Shown one piece after another: positions 37,155-46,897 of a stretch of 64,000 nt of DNA. The notes beneath the pieces are model-generated. The model saw only the letters and a list, made by a program, of their open reading frames with translations. It was not told the origin of the DNA and made no database searches. The position numbers and the translations under genes were made by a program. The DNA is from Paramoeba atlantica (Eukaryota; Protista; Discosea): NCBI GenBank assembly GCA_977017575.1, contig CDRNVI010000156.1:62001-126000 (forward strand). The letters are read 5' to 3'. Positions within the stretch are counted from its first letter, which is position 1; the number at the start of each line of letters is the position of its first letter.

Positions 37155-38924
37155 GTCTTTCTCTCTTTAATGAAAAATAATAGACTTTGGGAGGATTAAT
37201 AGTGGCAAAGGCTCCATCTGGTAATTGTAATTATGATGGTTTTATGAATGATTATGCGGTTTTCTTCTTCTTCTTCTCTCTCTCTCTCTCTTTCTCTTTC
37301 TCTTTTCTCTTTTCTCAACCAGAAAAACAGGTGATGATAGCAAAAGGAGTAAATAGAGCTGGAAAACAAGTTGATGATGTTTCATGTCCTGCTGTTCTTT
37401 CTACTGTTTCTTCTGACGTTTTCCTTTCTTTCTCCTCTTTCTTCTCTTTCTTCTCTTCTCTTTTCTTTTCTTCTCTTTCTCTCTTTATTTCTTTTTTCTC
37501 TCTTCTCTCTAAGTTTTATAAACAGCTGTTAACGACAATCGATGTATCTTGTACTGAAAAAACTCTTAATGGAACATCGGTTCAATTTTTCTCAGAATAA
37601 ATCCAGAAAGAAAAGAGAGAGAAGGAAAGGGGGTGAAAGAAAAGAAGAAAAGAGAAGAAAAACATATTTTAAAAATAAAATAAAATGAGAATAATAATAA
37701 GAATGAATAATAAAAGAAATAAGAATGAATGAATAATAATAATAGGGGGCAAGTGCGACCATGGCAGGAATTGCTGCTTTGATTTTAGAGGTTCCATTCT
37801 CTCTTCTCTCTCTTCTCTCTTCTCTCTTCTCTCTTCTCTCTTCTCTCTTCTCTCTCTCTCTTCTCTCTCTCTCTTTTCTCTCTCTCTCAAAAGCAATAAA
37901 AAAGGCAAACCCAAATTTAAAATGGCACGAAGTACAAGAAATTTTCATCGAAGCGTCTCAAATGATCGATGTTCAAGATCCTGGTTGGCAATTTAATGGT
38001 GCTTCTAAACCTTATCATCATCAATATGGGTTTGTTTGTTTTGTTTGTTTTGTTTGTTTTGTGAGAGAGGGGAAGGAGGAGAAAAAGAAAAAGAATAGAT
38101 TTTTTAAAAAAATATCTAAAAGAATAAAAATGAATGAATAAATATTAAAAATAAAAATAAAAATAAAAAAAAAAAATAAAAAAAAGATTTGGGCTTGTGG
38201 AGGCGGGAGATGCGGTAAAACATGCGATTTATTGGCCTGTTCCTACTCTCCGTCTTTATCAATCTTTTGAAAGGTTTTTTTTCAATTTTTTTATTTTTAT
38301 TTTTTATTTTTTTATTTTTTTATTTTTTTATTTTTTTATTTTTTTATTTTTTTATTTTTTTATTTTTTTATTTTTTTATTTTTTTATTTTTTTATTTTTT
38401 ATTTTCATTTATTTTCATCTTTCTTTTCGACTTTCTTTTCTCTTTCTTTCAAATAATTTTTTGTATGATAGTTTCACAAAGAGTTTCTTCATTCAAGATC
38501 ACGATCTTGCTTCTTTTCCTATTGCCGTCAGGTCTCTCTTTTATTTCTTTATTTATTTCTTTCTTATCATTTTCTAATATTTGTTTAATAGTAATTTCCC
38601 TCAACAAGTTCAACACATTGGGGTTTCTTTTCTTCTGTTTTGAATATCTTTTTGTTCTCCAATAAATAAACAAACAAATAAATAAACATATAAATAAATA
38701 AAAATAGGTATCAGTAGTGATAGAACATGAGAATCCTGGTGATCTTGAGAATATTTTATAAATAAATAAATAACTAAATAAATAATAATATAAATAAATA
38801 ATAACATTATTTTAAATAAATAATATAAATAATTTTAATAATTTTAATAAAATAAATAAAAATAGGTATCAGTAGTGATAGAACATGAGAATCCTGGTGA
38901 TCTTGAGATTACTTTATAAATACA

Positions 38925-38957
<33 letters not shown>

Positions 38958-40670
38958 AAAATAAATAAAAAATTAATTAAATAAAAATAGGTATCAGTAG
39001 TGATAGAACATGAGAATCCTGGTGATCTTGAGATTACTTTATATTCCCCGATGGGTACTGCCTCTTATTTTGCCCAGGTTTTTTATTTTATTTTAATATT
39101 TTACTTTTTATTTTATTCTTTATTTTATTTGTTATTCATTTTTCGTCTTTTTTTTTCATTTTATTGTTATTTTGTTTTACTAATACATGCCTTCCTAGCC
39201 TCGTGGGATCACAGGCAAAACAATGTCTTTGGAGGTTTTTTCTCTCTCTTCATCTTCTCTTATTTTTCTTTTTGATTTCTAATCCAACAAGCACTCTCTT
39301 CTCTCTTCTCTCTTCTTTCTTTTCTTTTCTTTTCTTTTCTTTTCGTTTTTCGCAGACCCCAATTGGATCAATGCAACTTCATTCAATAAATCAAGCACTT
39401 TCTGGGCAATTGGAGTATTCCTGCTCGGTTTCTCTCTTCTCTCTCTTCCTTATTTCCCTTTCTTCTCCCTCTATTTTTCTCTCATTTCTCTCTCTCTCCT
39501 TTCTCTCCCCTTCCTCCCCTTCCTCTCTTTTTCTCTTCTTTCTTTTCCGACTTTTCTTATTTTCTTTTTCAGATGAGATTCAAAAGAGTGATTGTGAGAG
39601 AACTTCAACTTCCGAGTTCGGCTCAAAATTGTTGTGCTGGACATTTGTGTAGGTTTTATTTTCTTTTCTTTTTTTTGTTTCTTTTTCTTTTCTTTCCCTC
39701 TCTTTTTCTCTCTTCTCTCTATTTCTAAAATTGAGGGGAAACAAACAGATTGCCACCAGAAGAAGATGTTCTTCTTGTTCTCTATCCATCAATGCAATGC
39801 TCTGCTGTGGAACAGGTTATTTTATTTTCTTATATCTCCCTCTTCTTTCTCTCCTTTCTCTTCTTTCTTTCTCCTTTCTGTCTCTCCTCTACCCCTCTCT
39901 TCTTCCCTTTTCTCTCTCCTCTCTCCCCCTTCTCTCTTTCTCAAAAAAAACATACAAAATAGGCGAATTCACTTGCACAAAACAATCCAGATTTAAAAGG
40001 GATTATTGTTGTGAGTGGAAATGAAATTGATGAAAGATTTGAAGAAGCTCTTCTTCCTTTGTTTGGTGTTTCTGCTCTTAGTAATTTGGTTTTGAATCAG
40101 AGAATTGGTTTTTTGTTTTGTTTTGTTTTGTTTTATTTTATTTTATTTTTATTTTATTTTCTTTTATTATTTATTTATTCTTATTTATTTATTTTTCAGA
40201 CATTGACCTTGCTGTTGCATTTCATAAAGAAACTTATGGACAAGTTTGATTTCTTTTTTTTCGTCTTATTTCTTATTGTCTTTCTTTTCTTATTTCTTCT
40301 TTCTTTTTCTTCTCTTTTCATTTCTGAACTGTGTTTGGGTAGTTTGGTCCTTGGACCTTTAAATCAGTGGCTCATTGGGGAGAACCTGCTGAGGTTCTTT
40401 TCTCTTTTCTCTTTTCTGTTTTCTTGTTTCTTTTTTCTCCTCCAATTCATTTTTAAATAATTAGGGAATTTGGACTCTTGTTATTCACGACAGTAGTTGT
40501 GGTGATTCTGTAAGTTTTTCCCTCTTCTCTTTTTCTTTTTTTTTTTTTCTTTTTTTCTTTTTCCCCCTTCCTTTCCCCCTTTCTTTTCTCTCCTCTCACC
40601 CCCAAAAAAAAAGGGATCAGCCTCGGAAATCTCTCTCGAAATTGGGTATGCAGTCCCGGACATTCCTTAA
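35560..40670 (+). CDS. Kexin/furin-like (S8B) subtilase homolog, predicted catalytically inactive; signal peptide, no prodomain, P domain interrupted by a PA-like insert, no TM anchor; about 25 exons
   Basis: NDPLYLRQWH, AWQLGMTGHGV, EGTGMAAVIAA..FCSVGIAY, GNCNYDGF, NGTSGASATMAGIAALILEANPNLKWHEVQ, HHQYGFGLVEAG. P domain: VQHIGVSVVIEHENPGDLEITLYSPMGT and WTFKSVAHWGEPAEGIWTLVIHD. All align collinearly with furin. Confidence 0.85.
37796..37885 (+). repeat. (CTCTT)n / (CT)n intronic microsatellite
   Basis: Visible tandem CTTCTCTCTTCTCT run in a kexin-like gene intron. Confidence 0.85.
38281..38405 (+). repeat. (TTTTTTA)n intronic microsatellite
   Basis: Long run of TTTTTTA/TTTTTA units. Confidence 0.85.
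38708..39077 (+). repeat. Triplicated P-domain exon start (38708, 38866 and intact copy at 38991) within (TAAA)n-rich intron sequence
   Basis: AAAATAG|GTATCAGTAGTGATAGAACATGAGAATCCTGGTGATCTTGAGA occurs three times; the first two copies break off into AT-rich sequence. Confidence 0.92.
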
Positions 40671-40876
40671 ATAAGATCTTAAAAAACATGCTAAAAAGAA
40701 AATAAAAAAAACTTAAAAAAAGAGTTCTTTTTTTTCGGGGTTGTTTTTGTTCCGTTTTCGTTTTTTTGTTCTGTCGCTTTTTTATATCCGTTTTTCGTTC
40801 TTTTTTTGGTTTGTCGCTTTTGTGTGTTTTGTTTCGTTTGTTTTTTTTTTTTTTTCTCCCTCACCCTCTTTCAAAT

Positions 40877-43106
40877 ATGAAAAGGTTTTTTTTTCTTTTG
40901 TATCCAAGAAGATTATTATTATGGGAATGACATTTTTTAACAAAAACAAACAGGACCCGTTTATCCAAAACGGGATCTTCTCCCTTGATGCCGAGGAGAC
41001 GCTCAAGCTCAAGACCGCGGTCGAGAGATTTGCCATCAGTGTCGACTGTGTCAGGGACATGGAAATTTCAGAAGTCCAAGACATTTGTCGATCCTAATCT
41101 ATGTGATTTAATGGAAGACGGTTCGAAAGCAATTCTTTTTTCGGAAAAAAAAAATGATTTCTGAACGATCAAACAAATTCTGATTTGAGATATTGATATT
41201 TGGTTTTGCAACAGCTCGGGAAGTAAGTCTTCCTTCAGATTCTCCACCAACGTATTCTTTAGAGAAAGCCAATGGTTTTTTTCTTTTTATTGACATTCGC
41301 TTTCATACAATCCAGAAAAAAAACTCAACTCTCTCCCACGACAGATTCTCTAATGGATGCTTTCAAAGAACTCGCCAAATTTCTGGACCACACGGAACCT
41401 CGAGGAGATCAATGGTGGAACACAAAATCGGATCCTTTGGAAAACATTCAACAGACAATCATAAATCTTTGTGATCGCCCAAACCTCATTTCAAGGTCAG
41501 ATTTTTCCCTCTTTCTTTGTCCAAGTTTTTTTATCGCCCCTTTTCTTCTTCCAGAATATCTCTCTGTTGTTGTTGAGATTTTTTGATTCAATCTCTTCTT
41601 TTTTGTAGTTCTTTGAAACTCTTGAAAGCGTTCGCTCTCTCAGTGATTCCCCAACAATCAAAGAAGTCATTACCTCCCCCAATGAAAGAAGAATCCCCAT
41701 TGAAAAAAGAATTAACCAAAACACTCCCGCCACGATCGTTATCAATTGGGGCTTTTGATAAGAATCTCCTCAATCGAGCTTCTTCAACCAGTCGAGGTTT
41801 TTCAACCCCCCAACCCACGAATCTGAGTGGATCAAACATTTCGGCACGAGCGAAGAGTGGCTCAAGCATTTCGGCAAAAAGAAAGAGAAAAAAAGAAAAA
41901 GGCGAAAAAAAAGAGAAAGAGAAGAGTGAAAAGAAGGAAAGAGAAAGTTCCAAACTAGTTCAAACCCAAGAACTTGTGCGGTCGAAAGAACGAAAAGTAA
42001 TCGCCACTCGCCATCAAGAACCAAAACAATCATTGAAACCAAATTCCAGGCGAATGCAAAGTGCCTCTCCAATGCTACAAACATTCGAAAGAAGCTTCTC
42101 CTCTCCTCCCCGTTCCTTGAATTGTTTTGATATCACTCAACCTCTGATCTCTCCCAAACTCGAAGAAGAAGAAGAAGAAGAATTATTGCTCTATCGAGTT
42201 GACTTTCGTGAAGCTAAAATTACAAAAGTTCTTGCTCCACTCGGCGGGAGTGGTGCTGTTGTCTTCTCTGTTGATGTGAATGGCCTTCAGTGCGCGATGA
42301 AAGAGTTTTCTTTCGAACGACAACGCTTGGACAAAGAACAATCAAAGAAATTCTTTGACGAGATCAAGATGGTAGAGAATCTTCGACATCCCAATATTGT
42401 TCGGTATTTAGGCCATGAGGTGCAACAAAATTCTGCAAGATTGTTTCTGACACGTTATGAATCAACCCTTCGAAAAGAGGTTCAACAAAGATGGGCGGAT
42501 GTTGAGAGTGATATCGACGACCCTTTTCGCCCTCGAGACATCGCTCAAGTAGTTTTAGACCTTTCTCGTGGCCTTGAATATCTCCATGACCACAAAGTTA
42601 TTCACCGTGACATCAAATCCGACAACATGTTTGTGAATTTCGACGAGAGAGGAAACATCAGGGAGGTTGTAATTGCAGATTTTGACACTTCCAAAATTCT
42701 CCTGACAGACCAAACAAAAACAACAATCGGAACTCCTTGTTACATGGCTCCAGAAGTGATTAATGCCAATTTTCTTGGATATGAAGGATACACGGTGAAG
42801 GCTGACATCTGGTCCTTTGGGATGATTATTTATGAGCTTTTAACTCTCAACCTTCCATATGCTGGTATTCGGGGTGGAGATATGAAAGCAGCTCAAGATA
42901 TTCGAGAAGGGAATCGACCTCCTCTTCCTTCACCAAAATCGAATTTACCTCGAGAGGAAGATCAGGACTCTTACAAACCTTTGATTGATTTGTTTTTCAG
43001 ATGTTGTTTGAAAGACCCAGAGAAAAGATTGGATGCTGGGTTCCTCGCAGAAAAGGCGGAAAAAATCCTTATGTCGCTTAATGTGACCGAGTTTTTTTCC
43101 GATTGA
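40877..43106 (+). CDS. Ser/Thr protein kinase with DFD motif and an uncharacterised N-terminal region
   Basis: ORF 41583-43106: LAPLGGSGAVVF, CAMKEF, FFDEIKM, HPNIVRYLG, IHRDIKSDN, IADFDTSK, GTPCYMAPE, KADIWSFG, R. Upstream exons start at ATG 40877 (MKRTRLSKTGSSPLMPRRR...). Confidence 0.88.
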
Positions 43107-43794
43107 TTCGAATTTTAGGTGATGATCGAATGGTTTTCATTTTTATTTTTTCGGTTTGGGGGAAACCGACCAAACGAAAAACAGAGCAAAAAGAAAGCCC
43201 TTTTTATTAAAACTGGATGAGATGCCGAGGAGCTTTTTCCAAATCGAAACAAAACAATGTCTAAATTAGGATTTTCTCCTATTTTAGTTTCCTAAATTTA
43301 GTTTTCTGTGCCTATTTTCGGATTTCGTTTTCGCTGTTTGCTTTTTCTCTTGAGTTCTTTTCTTTCTCTTTTGGAGGAATTCTTTCCAACTAATCTTGAA
43401 GAGGGACAGAATTCCCTCCTAAAATGGTCCCTCTTTTTAAGGGGAATCCATCCTTGAAACAAAGATTTTCAAATCGATTTTCCAACCAAAAATAAACAAA
43501 TTGTTTCAAAGATACACTGTTGGGGGCAGTTCAAGAGTTATTCGTTCGATAGTTTACCATCTTTTTTTTCAGGACCCTTTTTTTCAGGAGAAAAAATTTT
43601 GCTCGGTTACCAGACGAGAGAAAAAGTCTGGTTTTGGTAATAACGCTCACGGAACTACGATAATAGAAAATTCGTTTAAAAATTGATTAAGAACTTTTTG
43701 TCTTCAAAAAAGCAGTAATTTTTGTTTAAAAAAGTCAAAAACGCCATTTCGTTTCCGGTTTTTGTTTTTACCTCCTCTTTTTCCCCGCCCCGTC

Positions 43795-43797
43795 TTT

Positions 43798-43838
<41 letters not shown>

Positions 43839-43840
43839 TT
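43795..43840 (+). repeat. (TTTC)n microsatellite just upstream of the LRR-kinase ATG
   Basis: Perfect TTTC tandem run. Confidence 0.85.
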
Positions 43841-43864
43841 CTACCTTGGGAGAGAACAATTAAA

Positions 43865-46757
43865 ATGCATAACTCCAAAGGGAGTTTGACCCAGTCGGCG
43901 AGAAGCTTTGGAATCTCTCATATTGAAGGTTCTTCCCCTTTCTTCTTTGTTTCTTTTCTTTTCTTTTCCTTCTAATTTTTTTGATCGTATCCAGATGAGA
44001 GAGTTCGAGAAGCAGTTCTTCAAAGTTTGAATCAAATTCGTTCTGATGATCCAGAACTCGCTTCTCTTGTTCTTAAAGATATCCCTCTTCAGGTTTGTCG
44101 GTCCATTCCAAGAGCGAAAGAGAGAGATAAGAGAGATAAGAGAGAGAAAAGAGAGAGAAAGAGAGAGAAAAGAGAGAGAAAGAGAAAGAGAACAGAGAAC
44201 AAAAAAGATTAATTGAGAAAAATAGGACTCAGGGATCACAAGTCTTGCTTTCTTTCTTCGAAAAAACACTCATCTTCGGATCTTAAACCTTCAAGTTTTG
44301 TTTATTCCTTTCTTTCGCACACACCATTTTGTTTTTATCAACTTTCAAAACAAAAAACAAAAAAAACTGATTGAGAGAAACAAATACAAAAACAAAAAAA
44401 CAAAACAAAAAAACTGATCGAGAGAAAACAAAACAAAAACAAAAACAAAAACAAAAAAAACTGATTTCAGAAAAACAAACAAAAAACAGAATGTTGGAGT
44501 AGGAGAATCGGGACTAGAAAGCTTTGCAGCAGCGCTAACAGGAAACAAAACACTCGAAAATGTTACATTGAAGTTGAAAGAGCCAATTCAAGAAGAAGCG
44601 CTTCAAAATTTTGTGTTGGCTTTGCAACGAAATCGGCGCTTGGTTCTTGATCTTTCTCCTATTGATCGGACTCTTCTTTCTGAGGTTTTTTGTTTTTTGT
44701 TTTTGTTTTTTTTTGTTTTGAGTCTTGTTTTTTCTTTCTTTTTTCTTTTTGAGAGAGGGGGAGAGACTTGACACTTACTTTTGGATTTCTTTTCAGAAAT
44801 CATACAAAGGATTCAAAAACTTGCTTCGGAAAAACTCCCGAAAACAAACCAAGCAATCCTCTCCCGGTTTTTTACGGAAGAGATCTGTGTAATTCCTCCT
44901 TTTTTCTTTTCTTTTTCTTTTTTTCTTTTTCTTCATATTCACCTTTTTCTTTGTTGTAGAACGGGGAGCCTAACAGGAAAGTCATCAGCTCCTCATCCTC
45001 ACATCCCAAAAATCAACCATCTGAGTTTGAGTTTAGATGAAGAGGCTCTTCCAAACTCGGTTCGACAAAGGAGTAGCTCGGTTAGTTCCATCTCCAGCTG
45101 TGAAGGTTTTTTTTTTTTTTGGTTATTTGGAATCCTTTTTCTTCTAAATTTGATTTGATATTTTTAGATAGAAAAAGGAGTTCTACCCCAATACTCTTCT
45201 CTCTTGGGAGGAGAGGTTTGTCTTTTGCTTCATATTTTTGAATCTTTTTTTTTTCGACATTCATTTCTTTGATAAAAAATAGAGCCACTGTTGGAAGCCT
45301 TTCGAGAAATGACAAATCACCTGTCAAAATTAACAACTGAAAAGAGGGAATGGTGGAACACAAAACCAGACATTTGGGAAAACATTCAACAAACAGTCGT
45401 AAATCTCTGTGATCATCCCAACATCCTTCAGACTCCAAGGTTTCTTCTTCTTTTTTTTATTATTATTCTTTCTCTTTCTCTTTTTTGATTTCTCTAAATA
45501 AAATCCTATCTTCTTCCCAGTGCTCTGAAGCTCTTAAAGGAGTTTGCTCTCTCCGTATTGCCTGAAAAATCACCCCCAAAGTCATTTCCGGACCGTACCC
45601 CCCAAACTCGCCCACTCAGCTCCAAAAAAATGGAAAAGAACGAAAAGAAAGGAAAAACCCTAAAAGAAAAGAAGAGAAAAAGTGAGCTGAAAAAGCGATC
45701 GAGTCAGACTCTCTCCCCAAATTCCGCCTCCAGCGATTCGGTTTTCCCTTCTTGCCCAAGTTCTCCAATCCGACTTGAATTTGAAAGGAACGATGCAGCT
45801 GCATGTCTTTCCCGAAATCGAGGACTTTCTTTTCAAGGACATGACAAAATAGCTCGACGATCCTCCTCCCCAACAATAGTAAAATACGATGTTGATTTTA
45901 GCAAAGCAAAAATTACTAAAGTTCTTGCTCCGCGAGGTGGGAGTGGCGCCGCTATTTTCTCTGTCGACGTAAATGGCCTTCATTGTGTAATGAAGGAGTA
46001 TTTTTTTAATCGCGAGGTTGCTGATACGAAATTGAAGAAATTCTCTGAAGAGATCAAAATGATCGAGAGCCTCCATCACCCCAATATTGTTCGATATTTG
46101 GGTCGCAACACCAAACGAACGTGTGCTCAGATGTTTCTGACAAGATACGAATCGACCCTTCGAAGAGAAGTCCAACAGAGATGGGAGGATTTTAAAAGCG
46201 AAAATGACGATCCTTTTAGTCCTCTCGACATTGCCCAAATCGTTCTAAAGATCTCTCGTGGTCTTGACTATCTCCACTACCACAAAATTATTCACCGTGA
46301 CATCAAATCTGACAACATGTTTGTAAATTTCGACGAGAGAGGAAACATCAGCGAGGTTGTAATTGCAGATTTTGATACCTCCAAAATCCTCCTAACAGAC
46401 CAAACAAAAACACTGACGGGAACACCTTATTACATGGCTCCAGAAGTTCTTCGTGTTGGTTACAGCGATATTGGATACACAAAGAAAGCTGACATCTGGT
46501 CCTTTGGGATGGTTATCTATGAACTTTTGACTCTCAGCCTTCCGTATGGAGGAGATATGAAATCAAGTCAAGAGATTGCGCTTGGAAAGATACCACCTAT
46601 TCCGTCCCCAAGCTCCAAATTACCAAGCAAAGAAGAGTGGAAGTTTTATGAGCCACTGATTGATCTGTTTAGGAAGTGTTGTGTAAAGAATCCTGAAGAG
46701 AGATTAAGTGCAAGTTCACTCTTGGAGTCTGCTGAAGAAATTGCTCACTTGTTGTAA
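43865..46757 (+). CDS. RNI/tropomodulin-like LRR + Ser/Thr protein kinase (DFD motif), paralog of 40877-43106
   Basis: Exons LNQIRSDDPELASLVL, GITSLAFFLRKNTHLRILNL, GLESFAAALTGNKTLENVTL and ALQRNRRL are LRR-like. Kinase ORF 45558-46757 has GGSGA, VMKEY, HRDIKSDN, DFDTSK, GTPYYMAPE and ADIWSFG. Confidence 0.87.
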
Positions 46758-46897
46758 CATAGTAATTTATTATTTAATTTAGGTATTTACAAAAACTTTC
46801 GGACTCTTATTGTTCAACATAAATCCCAATTTCACCAAATGATAATTGCTAAAAAAAAAAAAACATCGTTACAAAAATTATTACAAAAAAAAATTGG

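Noticed and set aside
39356-39427. Alternative frame DPNWINATSFNKSSTFWAIGVFLL suggesting a transmembrane anchor for the kexin-like protein
   Set aside because: The frame TPIGSMQL...YSCS fits the canonical AG|GT splice phases of the flanking exons and leads on to the second half of the P domain; the TM-like frame needs a weaker donor.
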